Part shown: piece after piece, positions 1 to 6,663 of the stretch
Layout of the letters: the number at the start of each line of letters is the position of its first letter
Numbering within the stretch: position 1 is the stretch's first letter
Source: a virus
Taxonomy: Duplodnaviria > Heunggongvirae > Uroviricota > Caudoviricetes
Virus record (IMG/VR): IMGVR_UViG_2740892234_000014
Reading direction: 5' to 3' (one strand)
Length of the DNA stretch: 8,266 nucleotides
Notes under the pieces: generated by a model
What the model saw: only the letters and a program-made list of their open reading frames with translations
Told to the model about the DNA's origin: nothing
Databases searched by the model: none
Position numbers and translations under genes: made by a program

Positions 1-1020
1 CTACTTGCTAACCACGAGCGGCAAATCCAGTGTTGGTGTGATTTTTGTTTTACGATCGTAAATCAACACCTGATTTTCTGTTTTATGCCCGCTGAAAATT
101 TGTTTGTCGCGACTGCTGCCTTCGTAATCTGAGATCCCCTTGGCTTTTATGTCGTGAAAATTGCACCCGAACGGAACGCCAACTTTTTGCTCGGCTGCGC
201 GTTTAGCCTGATTCCACCAGTTATTCAGCGTTTTAGCTATGACTTTCCCGCCTTTGGTTGTATTGATCACATATTCGCATGTACAGGAAGATACATTTCG
301 GGCTAACTGGATCGCTGTACGTAATCGCGGTGACCATTCCTTGATTTGTTTGGTGCCGGTTTTGTTTTGCTCAATGTAGATCCCTTTATCCATAATATCC
401 TGCCATTTCAACTCAAGCACATCACCGAGTCTTGCCGCACAGAGATAGGAAATCTCCATTGCAATGCGTAACTGTGGAATTGCTTCCGCATATATCGCCG
501 CATACTGTTCATCGGTGATGTAAACAGTGCGGGCTTTAAGAGAGAATTTTCTGACTCCTTTGCATGGGTTATTCTTCACATACCCACGCTCATATCCCCA
601 CCCGTATACTCGACTCAGGCTTGCCAGTTCATGATTTGCCTGGGTCTTGCTCTCAAGCCCTCGTTTATCCATGAAAATTCTTACCTGCTCAGTTTTGACA
701 TTATCAGCAAGCACTTTTCCGAATACCATCAGCAACGCCTTCTGATGTTGTCGATAATCTTTTTGGGTTCGGGGGGCCAGTTCTGTAAATGCAGGGGAGT
801 CCATAAACATGTGCCATAATTTAGCTACGGTCATTATGTTGTGGAGTTTTGCTTTTTCCAGTTCATAATTTTGCCAGACTTTAGCTACGCTGGTTTTCCG
901 CACTCTTCCTAGCCCTATAGTTCTTGTACTTCCTTCTGGTTTCCACACGTAACTGTAACCATTCGATCTAACCCGCGGTGGCAGTACATTATCTTTTTTA
1001 TTTTTTCTTGGTCTTCCCAT
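1..1020 (-). CDS. int: Tyrosine recombinase / phage integrase, lambda Int family (module A), 339 aa
   Basis: Complete ORF with ATG at 1018-1020 and TAG at 1-3. N-terminus MGRPRKNKKDNVLPP..NGYSY resembles the lambda Int arm-binding N-terminus (from memory). Box I Arg (AARLGD), KTG Lys, GHK His and the Tyr in LIYDRK are present; the second Arg of HxxR is Lys (HDIK). The upstream excisionase-like ORF overlaps it. Confidence 0.9.
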   Translation of the reverse strand: MGRPRKNKKDNVLPPRVRSNGYSYVWKPEGSTRTIGLGRVRKTSVAKVWQNYELEKAKLHNIMTVAKLWHMFMDSPAFTELAPRTQKDYRQHQKALLMVFGKVLADNVKTEQVRIFMDKRGLESKTQANHELASLSRVYGWGYERGYVKNNPCKGVRKFSLKARTVYITDEQYAAIYAEAIPQLRIAMEISYLCAARLGDVLELKWQDIMDKGIYIEQNKTGTKQIKEWSPRLRTAIQLARNVSSCTCEYVINTTKGGKVIAKTLNNWWNQAKRAAEQKVGVPFGCNFHDIKAKGISDYEGSSRDKQIFSGHKTENQVLIYDRKTKITPTLDLPLVVSK

Positions 1021-1240
1021 TATTCAGCGCCTCAAAATCGGGTTCAGCAGAAACCAGTTCAGATGTTTTTGGCATCGTTGTCAGTCCGTGTGGAATATCC
1101 CTGCGTAGAACTATTGGTTCGTTTTTAGGACCGATTACAAATGGGATGCCGTGCAGTCTTAACTGGTGTTGCTGTTTTGTGTATCGCTCGTATTTCGTGA
1201 TCTCTTTAATCTCTGCTGGAGATAGAGTTAATTCGTACAT
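998..1240 (-). CDS. Small excisionase-like / directionality-factor candidate (module A), 80 aa
   Basis: ATG at 1238-1240. The 3' end overlaps the int start by 23 nt, the classic xis-int arrangement. Small basic protein. Assigned by position and size, not by strong motif similarity. Confidence 0.5.
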   Translation of the reverse strand: MYELTLSPAEIKEITKYERYTKQQHQLRLHGIPFVIGPKNEPIVLRRDIPHGLTTMPKTSELVSAEPDFEALNNGKTKKK

Positions 1241-1298
1241 GTGGTCACGTGCCTTTACAGCATGACCGCCGCCACTGTAGCTGGTGGGCGGCGATATG

Positions 1299-1345
1299 GG
1301 TTGAACATTAAAAATCAGCCTGACTCGGGATCAGTTTTTGCCAGA
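1299..1345. repeat. 47-bp direct repeat, copy 1 (GGTTGAACATTAAAAATCAGCCTGACTCGGGATCAGTTTTTGCCAGA)
   Basis: Identical by eye to 3776-3822. Ends exactly at the first N10 gap. Confidence 0.9.
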
Positions 1346-1355
1346 NNNNNNNNNN
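1346..1355. other. Assembly gap (N10)
   Basis: Run of exactly 10 N. Confidence 0.95.
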
Positions 1356-1403
1356 TAAGGCGGGACACTTTCAGGATTTTGAATTTATTCAATTTTTTCC
1401 TTT

Positions 1404-1435
1404 CTCCAAAATCTCTCCAAAACTTTTCCCCAAAA
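1404..1435. promoter_or_regulatory. Three phased (C/T)CCAAAA A-tract units at 11-13 bp spacing, possible bend or arm-type binding region
   Basis: CTCCAAAA at 1404-1411 and 1415-1422, CCCCAAAA at 1428-1435, in an AT-rich non-coding stretch at the left end of module B. Confidence 0.25.
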
Positions 1436-1562
1436 CAGGACCACGCATTTTACAGCATTTTTATACATGGGTGAGCTTACTAGGACAGAAAAGTATTCCA
1501 GTTTGTTTACCCATATCGCTTTCCGAATGAGATTTTTGATGTGATTTCTTCGTGTTGAAAAA

Positions 1563-1575
1563 CCACATAATGTGG
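1563..1575. promoter_or_regulatory. 13-bp perfect palindrome CCACATAATGTGG (candidate operator) next to TTGAAA -35-like hexamer (1555-1560)
   Basis: Perfect inverted repeat read directly from the sequence, about 65 bp upstream of the small ORF start at 1642. No tool-based promoter prediction. Confidence 0.3.
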
Positions 1576-1641
1576 TATTAGAATTAGCTATCAAGATTCA
1601 CTTTGAATCCGTTTTGAATCCCATTGAACTCAGGAGTGACT

Positions 1642-1845
1642 ATGAAGCGTAAAAGTGTGGCTTTGTTACAAGCCATTGGCTCGGTTATAGCCCTGAGCCC
1701 GACGGTCGTTTCAGCAAATGGCATGCCAGCGAATCCAGTTTCCGCTTTGCGTCAGGATGCTGCGGCTATCAGAGGCGATTTCCAAAAAGCAATGGTATCC
1801 GTTAACGTTGAAAAGCTGAACAATGCCAGATCAAAAAGAAAGTGA
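1642..1845 (+). CDS. Hypothetical small protein (67 aa) with signal-peptide-like N-terminus (MKRKSVALLQAIGSVIALSPTVVSA|NG)
   Basis: ATG at 1642 preceded by AGGAG (1632-1636) at 5-nt spacing. The track ORF begins at an upstream TTG at 1624. TGA at 1843-1845. Overlaps the next ORF start by 23 nt. Confidence 0.4.
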   Translation: MKRKSVALLQAIGSVIALSPTVVSANGMPANPVSALRQDAAAIRGDFQKAMVSVNVEKLNNARSKRK

Positions 1846-2290
1846 GAACACCAAACTCACTTGTGAAGAACAAAAGGATAATGAACTGGTTTCTCGAGTA
1901 ATCGAAAATCCAGAGGTCTTAAACAGGGTTTTGGATAGTCCGCAGGTGCGGGCTATTGTTTGCCAGCATTTTCAGGGGCCTGTTCCGCCACCTTCAATGC
2001 TTAAAAAGTATGATCAACTGGTGCCTGGGCTTGCAAATCGACTTGTTGAGTTGACCGAAAAAGAGCAGGCTCATCGCCATAAAACAGTGGCTGATAGCAT
2101 TGATATTGCCAGAGATGGTCAAACAAAGGCTTTTTGGTTGGCAATATTGATCATCTTAGCTGCCACTGTCTTTGGCGTCATGGGGGAGACAGTTCTTGCC
2201 GGAACTCTCGTTTCAATAGATCTTGTTGCATTGGTTACGGCATTTATTGTTGGAAAACATTATTCTAAGCAGGAACCTGATCAAGATTAG
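1823..2290 (+). CDS. DUF2335-like predicted membrane protein (155 aa): soluble N-domain with PPP and HRH motifs plus two C-terminal TM helices
   Basis: ATG at 1823. Hydrophobic segments AFWLAILIILAATVFGVMG and LAGTLVSIDLVALVTAFIVG. The pattern ..PPPSMLKKY..EKEQAHRH.. matches my recollection of the DUF2335 family. Followed immediately by a terminator hairpin. Confidence 0.55.
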   Translation: MPDQKESENTKLTCEEQKDNELVSRVIENPEVLNRVLDSPQVRAIVCQHFQGPVPPPSMLKKYDQLVPGLANRLVELTEKEQAHRHKTVADSIDIARDGQTKAFWLAILIILAATVFGVMGETVLAGTLVSIDLVALVTAFIVGKHYSKQEPDQD

Positions 2291-2296
2291 TCTCCG

Positions 2297-2321
2297 AACC
2301 CCGGTTGATGCCGGGGTTTTT
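2297..2321 (+). terminator. Rho-independent terminator (AACCCCGG-TTGATG-CCGGGGTT + T-run)
   Basis: 8-bp perfect stem, 6-nt loop and T tract 7 nt after the stop of the 1823-2290 ORF. Confidence 0.6.
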
Positions 2322-2366
2322 ACACTAGCAAAGCAATATCAACATTTTTCAGCTGCATTTATTTCG

Positions 2367-3485
2367 TCAAACAACCAATTTAACCCATTCCTGACCACGA
2401 GTATCGTTATAACGATCGGTGGTTGCCTGGACTTTATGTCCCAGTAATGTTTTTGTATCAATACCCTGCGTGCGGTACAGTCGTTCTGACAGGGAGCGTT
2501 GTTCATGAAATGTTGGCGGAGTTTTTCCTGCTGGTGGAGTTATCCCAGCCAGATCCCGTGCTTTGGCAAAGTAGTCGCTCAGGTTGTCTTTACTCATCGG
2601 CTTTGGTTGTTTCTGGTGCCGACTATGGATTAGATATGGACTTAATATTCTGTCTCGGCACCCATCAATAACTTCTTTTAACGTTATCCCAATGGCATCA
2701 CAGCGTAGTGTAAGCGGTAACGCCAGACGCATTCCGGTTTTTCCCTGGGTGATATGCAAGTGTTCGTTCCACACATCTGAAAAACGCATGTGGCAAATGT
2801 CATCACGGCGCTGACCAGTAACAATCGCAAGAAGCATTGCGTTACGGATAAAGTGTTTTTCAGGCGTTGCGTTGTAAATTTTTTGCCAGTCTTCCAGGGT
2901 GAGCCTGGCTCTAGTTACTTTAGGGATCGGTTTACGGGTAGCCTCCGGAGGATTCCATCCAGGAGGAACTTCCCCTGCATGCTGTGCTTCTTTATAAATA
3001 TCAACCCATAATCCACGATTTACTCTCGCTGTGCTGACCATGTCTTTATCCAGCCACTCATCCAGTATTAATGCAAAGTCTCTTACTTCCAGTTCTTTCA
3101 ATGGGTGGTTTCCCAGACGGGAAACCAGGTATGCAGCCATTCGGGCTTTTTCTTTGTGAGTTGTAGCTGCAATATCTCCATTTTTCAGTCGCGTGTCCTG
3201 TATTTTCAGATATCGATCAACCCATGCCTTTAATCTGATACCCCGACGCTTTGTTGCTGACGGACTTTCATCAATTTTGCGCATGAAATATTCAGCCTCT
3301 GCTGCAGCTATTCGCTGATTGGCTGTGGAAGCGATTTTTTCTGCCTTACCTTTGTCTGTTCCGAGCCCGTGAAATTTTCCAGTCACAGGGTTTTTATACT
3401 GGTAGTAAACTCTGCCAGTTCTGCGATCAAATTTTTCGTAAAGTCCGGCTACGTCAGTGCTGTTTTTTCGTGGCCTCGGTGACAT
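2367..3485 (-). CDS. int: Tyrosine recombinase / phage integrase, lambda Int family (module B), 372 aa
   Basis: ATG at 3483-3485 with AAGGAG RBS upstream; TGA at 2367-2369. C-terminus TFHEQRSLSERLY...LLGHK...DRYNDTRGQEW closely parallels lambda Int TFHELRSLSARLY...LLGHK...QYRDDRGREW (recalled). Box I TGQRRDD and KTG present. Confidence 0.92.
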   Translation of the reverse strand: MSPRPRKNSTDVAGLYEKFDRRTGRVYYQYKNPVTGKFHGLGTDKGKAEKIASTANQRIAAAEAEYFMRKIDESPSATKRRGIRLKAWVDRYLKIQDTRLKNGDIAATTHKEKARMAAYLVSRLGNHPLKELEVRDFALILDEWLDKDMVSTARVNRGLWVDIYKEAQHAGEVPPGWNPPEATRKPIPKVTRARLTLEDWQKIYNATPEKHFIRNAMLLAIVTGQRRDDICHMRFSDVWNEHLHITQGKTGMRLALPLTLRCDAIGITLKEVIDGCRDRILSPYLIHSRHQKQPKPMSKDNLSDYFAKARDLAGITPPAGKTPPTFHEQRSLSERLYRTQGIDTKTLLGHKVQATTDRYNDTRGQEWVKLVV

Positions 3486-3723
3486 GAGTTAAAATCTCCT
3501 TCAGTGCATCATCATCGCCAGTATGAATTTCCGGCGCAATTCCTGTTTCACCAGGTCCAACAAATACTGCTCGGCGATCTATCAGCCAACGCCCACGAAT
3601 TTTTTGTGGTCTTGGAACGATGTATCCTAGTTTTCCGTATTTCACCAGGGTAGTGTTTGTTATTGGGAGACTGAACCGTTTTGGCTTCCACTCATCGAGC
3701 GTTATCAGGTACTGTTCGCTCAT
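3454..3723 (-). CDS. xis: Excisionase (lambda Xis-like), module B, about 89 aa
   Basis: MSEQYLITLDEWKPKRFSL... parallels the lambda Xis opening MYLTLQEWNARQRRPRSL (recalled). Overlaps the int start by 32 nt. The track ORF 3454-3732 begins at GTG; the ATG at 3721-3723 is the likelier start. Confidence 0.7.
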   Translation of the reverse strand: MSEQYLITLDEWKPKRFSLPITNTTLVKYGKLGYIVPRPQKIRGRWLIDRRAVFVGPGETGIAPEIHTGDDDALKEILTHVTEATKKQH

Positions 3724-3775
3724 GGCTATCACTCCGGAACGCGCCAGTTGCAGAATACCAACGACAACTGGCGAC

Positions 3776-3822
3776 GGTTGAACATTAAAAATCAGCCTGA
3801 CTCGGGATCAGTTTTTGCCAGA
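3776..3822. repeat. 47-bp direct repeat, copy 2 (contains the stop codon of the exonuclease gene)
   Basis: Identical to 1299-1345. Flanks diverge immediately 5' of the repeat (A: ..GCGATATGG, B: ..CTGGCGAC). Confidence 0.9.
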
Positions 3823-4477
3823 TAGCTGAAACGTATTTTGCCTGATAACGGGCGTCATCAAGTGCATTATGGCGCTCACCTTCGAATGGGATAGCAGTTC
3901 TGGCATCGAAGTCTATGGCTTTCCCCAGCTCAACGATTGTGCGTACATCGCGATCGTTGTAGTAACGCCACGGGCAGGGGATCCCCTGCCGTTCGTATGA
4001 ACGGCGCAAAATCGTGTTGTCGAAGTTGGCTCCATTTCCCCAGACCTGAACAAAAAATTCACCGGAGTTTTCGTCGATAAATTCCCGCAATTGTAACAGT
4101 GCATCATCTAACGGGATTTCATCGGTCATAATGGCAGATTGCGCTTCGCGTGATTGCTTAAGCCACCATTTAATGGTGTCCCGATCAATGACTCCGCCAG
4201 CAGTTTCCAGATCAATAGTCTTACTAAATTCCGGTCCCATATCTCCGGTTTGCGGATCGAAAAATATTGCACCTATTGAGATGATCGGGGCATCAGGATT
4301 TTTTCCCATGGTTTCAAGGTCGATCATTAGATGGTTACACGTCCTGCTGGTGGATGTGATTTCTTGATGACCGTTCACCTTAATTGAGAGATCTGCCGTC
4401 TCGCCAGTTTCATTATCGCTATCGTGATGCTGATTGCCGCCAGTGTTCTCCTTGTGTGGATGTTCAGCGCCTTCCAT
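3785..4477 (-). CDS. DEDDh (DnaQ-like) 3'-5' exonuclease domain, C-terminal part of the large prophage gene; this copy is cut off from upstream coding sequence by an in-frame TAG
   Basis: Motifs Exo I MIDLETMG, Exo [11 protein letters not shown], Exo [12 protein letters not shown], resembling Rv2179c-type 3'-5' exonucleases. TAA at 3785-3787. Track start is ATG at 4477; an alternative start is the ATG at 4325-4327 (MIDLETMG). In-frame TAG at 4532-4534 where the variant copies have CAG. Confidence 0.8.
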   Translation of the reverse strand: MEGAEHPHKENTGGNQHHDSDNETGETADLSIKVNGHQEITSTSRTCNHLMIDLETMGKNPDAPIISIGAIFFDPQTGDMGPEFSKTIDLETAGGVIDRDTIKWWLKQSREAQSAIMTDEIPLDDALLQLREFIDENSGEFFVQVWGNGANFDNTILRRSYERQGIPCPWRYYNDRDVRTIVELGKAIDFDARTAIPFEGERHNALDDARYQAKYVSAIWQKLIPSQADF

Positions 4478-4582
4478 TTCCTCCGGATCATCTTCCTGAA
4501 CTTCAACCTGATACTCTTCATCGAATGTTTCCTAGTATGTTGCGTCGCCCATCACCGCGCCACAATCAGGGCAGTTGCCGCC

Positions 4583-4592
4583 NNNNNNNNNN
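4583..4592. other. Assembly gap (N10)
   Basis: Run of exactly 10 N. Confidence 0.95.
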
Positions 4593-4868
4593 CGCAGTGC
4601 CTTCCATTTCCTCCGGATCATTTTCCTGAACTTCAGGCTGATTCTCTCCATCGAATATTTCCTGGTATGTTGCGTCACCCATCACCGCACCACAATCAGG
4701 GCAGTTGCCGCCACCGCTCTGACCGCAGGCGGTGCAGATCTTTTCCGGTTCCTGTTGCACTACTGGTTCAGGTTGTTTCGTTTCTGGCTCGTTTTGTTGC
4801 GTATTTGGGCTGTTTTGTTCCGCTTTCTGGTCGTTCTGTTCCGTTTCTTGCTGGTTCTGGTTCACAGA
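4593..4868 (-). CDS. Fragment (allelic variant) of large gene: Q/E-rich linker + C4 zinc ribbon ([16 protein letters not shown])
   Basis: Open minus-strand frame across the contig. Near-identical to 4424-4582 and 4879-5157 with scattered SNPs. Confidence 0.55.
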
Positions 4869-4878
4869 NNNNNNNNNN
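4869..4878. other. Assembly gap (N10)
   Basis: Run of exactly 10 N. Confidence 0.95.
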
Positions 4879-5287
4879 TGCAGTACCTTCCATTTCCTCC
4901 GGATCATTTTCCTGAACTTCAGGCTGATTCTCTTCATCGAATATTTCCTGGTATGTTGCGTCGCCCATCACCGCGCCACAATCAGGGCAGTTGCCGCCGC
5001 CGGTCTGACCGCAGGCGGTGCAGACTTTTTCCACTTCCTGTTGCGCCACTGGTTCAGGCTGTTTCGTTTCTGGCTCGTTTTGTAACGCATTTGGGCTGTT
5101 TTGTTCCGCTTTTTGGTAGTTCCGTTCCGATTCATGCTGGTTCTGGTTTACAGAATCGCGGGTCTGGATCCCCTTAACCCATTTCGGATCATTCGGGTCG
5201 CTAATCCCTGCAACAAATTCTCCGCGAGAGGCAGCAAGCAACTTATCGGCGTCAGGCTGGCTGATATTGGCTGCCTGCATAATTTTG
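4879..5287 (-). CDS. Fragment of large gene: ..[37 protein letters not shown].. + Q/E-rich linker + C4 zinc ribbon ([16 protein letters not shown]); continues in frame into the exonuclease domain
   Basis: Open minus-strand frame across the whole contig. Its 3' end (..DPEEMEGTA) matches the MEGAEHPH.. start of the 3785-4477 ORF. Confidence 0.6.
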
Positions 5288-5297
5288 NNNNNNNNNN
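5288..5297. other. Assembly gap (N10)
   Basis: Run of exactly 10 N. Confidence 0.95.
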
Positions 5298-5609
5298 TTC
5301 AATCCCCTTCACCCATTTCGGATCATTCGGGTCGCTAATCCCTGCAACAAATTCACCACGTGATGCGGCGAGCAACTGATTGGCGTCAGGCTGGCTGATA
5401 TTGGCTGCCTGCATAATTTTCTTTACTTCGTCAGCGGTAACTTTTACCGGTTCTGGTTGTTCAGAATTTTGTGCGGTATTTGCATTTTGCGGTAAGCCTG
5501 TGTATGTGCCATTTTTTCGGGCAAAATATTCTTCTTTTGTGATTTCAGTAGCCCCGGCAGCCAGCGCCTTATCCAGACCAGAAAGTTTGTTTGCGCGACC
5601 GTATTTTTC
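5298..5609 (-). CDS. Fragment of large gene (..[61 protein letters not shown]..)
   Basis: Open minus-strand frame. Overlaps in content with contigs 4879-5287, 5620-5790 and 5801-5883 (variants). Confidence 0.5.
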
Positions 5610-5619
5610 NNNNNNNNNN
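5610..5619. other. Assembly gap (N10)
   Basis: Run of exactly 10 N. Confidence 0.95.
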
Positions 5620-5790
5620 AACTTTTACTGACCCTGGTTGTGCGGTCGTGTCAGATGCACCAGTATTTTGTTGTGAACCTGAGTATGTACCGTTTTTGCG
5701 GGCGAAATATTCTTCTTTCGTGATTTCAGTAGCCCCAGCAGACAGCGCCTTATCCAGACCAGAAAGTTTGTTTGCGCGACCGTATTTTTC
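5620..5790 (-). CDS. Fragment (allelic variant) of large gene ([42 protein letters not shown]..)
   Basis: Open frame, translated by hand. Ends at the same junction (..GTATTTTTC) as contig 5298-5609. Confidence 0.5.
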
Positions 5791-5800
5791 NNNNNNNNNN
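5791..5800. other. Assembly gap (N10)
   Basis: Run of exactly 10 N. Confidence 0.95.
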
Positions 5801-5883
5801 TCAACAAATTCACCACGTGATACTGCAAGCAGTTCATCGGCGTCAGGCTGGCTGATATTGGCTGCCTGCATAATTTTGTTTAC

Positions 5884-5893
5884 NNNNNNNNNN
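5884..5893. other. Assembly gap (N10)
   Basis: Run of exactly 10 N. Confidence 0.95.
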
Positions 5894-6224
5894 GGCAGCC
5901 AGTGCCTTATCCAGACCAGAAAGTTTGTTTGCGCGACCGTATTTTTCGCCATCCTTGTCGGTGAAGAGGAAGTAGAACGGCCCCTCACGCTCTACAGATG
6001 GTTCGACTTCCACTTTGCATTCGGTTTTTTCGTTGTCCGGAATTGCCGTTTCCACTGCATCAGTTTCTGGTACTGGCGACGAGAGAGTGTCAGTTGCGCT
6101 CTGATTTGTTCCTTCATCTTCAAACACGCCCTTTGTAGTCAGGTATTCAGTAATGTATTTGTTCAGTGCCACAGGGTCTTTGTGAATGTCGATCGGACGT
6201 TCACGGACAAGGCCAAAAATAGTC
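5894..6224 (-). CDS. Fragment of large gene (TIFGLVRERPIDIHKDPVALNKYITEYLTTKGVFEDE..acidic TDAVET linker..[32 protein letters not shown])
   Basis: Open minus-strand frame across the contig. The track M at 6172 is a GTG codon inside the frame. Confidence 0.55.
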
Positions 6225-6234
6225 NNNNNNNNNN
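6225..6234. other. Assembly gap (N10)
   Basis: Run of exactly 10 N. Confidence 0.95.
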
Positions 6235-6454
6235 AGCTTCCGGCGCGGTTTCATTTTTTGGGATATCAGATACCTCAGTTTCCACTGCATCAGTTTGTGT
6301 TTCTGATGACTGGAGAACATCAACAGTGCCCAGGTCTGTTTCTTCATTCTCAAACACGCCCTTTGTCGTCAGGTATTCGCAGATATATTTGTTCAGTGCT
6401 ACGGGATCTTTGTGAATGTCGATCGGACGTTCACGGACAAGGCCAAAAATAGTC
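6235..6454 (-). CDS. Fragment (length-variant allele) of large gene (TIFGLVRERPIDIHKDPVALNKYICEYLTTKGVFENEETDLGTVDVLQSSETQTDAVETEVSDIPKNETAPEA)
   Basis: Hand translation of the reverse complement. Shares about 100 nt with the start of contig 5894-6224, then differs by indel-type divergence in the acidic linker. Confidence 0.5.
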
Positions 6455-6464
6455 NNNNNNNNNN
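6455..6464. other. Assembly gap (N10)
   Basis: Run of exactly 10 N. Confidence 0.95.
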
Positions 6465-6583
6465 ATATTCGCGACGAATGACTGCAGTGACAGGGGGGAT
6501 TTTTTCTGCTGAGTTTTCAGTGTGCTGTCGGTGGACTCTGGCGCGGGCGAGATCAACAACAGACGTGTATTTTCCGGTTTCCT

Positions 6584-6593
6584 NNNNNNNNNN
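6584..6593. other. Assembly gap (N10)
   Basis: Run of exactly 10 N. Confidence 0.95.
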
Positions 6594-6653
6594 ACTGTTG
6601 ATTGGCTCTGGCGCGGGCGAGATCAACAACAGACGTGTATTTTCCGGTTTCCT

Positions 6654-6663
6654 NNNNNNNNNN
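6654..6663. other. Assembly gap (N10)
   Basis: Run of exactly 10 N. Confidence 0.95.

Noticed and set aside
631-1265. Plus-strand ORFs 631-819 and 978-1265
   Set aside because: They lie antisense inside or overlapping the well-supported int and xis genes, have no RBS and no recognisable motifs; shadow ORFs.
1241-1594. ORFs 1241-1474 (+) and 1385-1594 (-)
   Set aside because: The first runs through the N10 gap (frame undefined); the second lies in AT-rich low-complexity intergenic sequence with no RBS; likely spurious.
2291-2366. Possible tRNA or att core between the terminator and the integrase B stop
   Set aside because: No cloverleaf-compatible sequence or repeat matching elsewhere in the window could be found by eye; not enough evidence to call.
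2223-3011. Plus-strand ORFs 2223-2447, 2423-2671, 2584-2814, 2790-3011
   Set aside because: All antisense to integrase B, whose family motifs are unambiguous; no independent support.
4424-5160. Three copies of the zinc-ribbon module, which could be read as an internal tandem repeat of the protein or as a CRISPR-like array
   Set aside because: The copies are about 160-280 bp, coding, separated by N10 gaps rather than unique spacers, and differ only by SNPs; they are allelic contigs, not tandem repeats or CRISPR.
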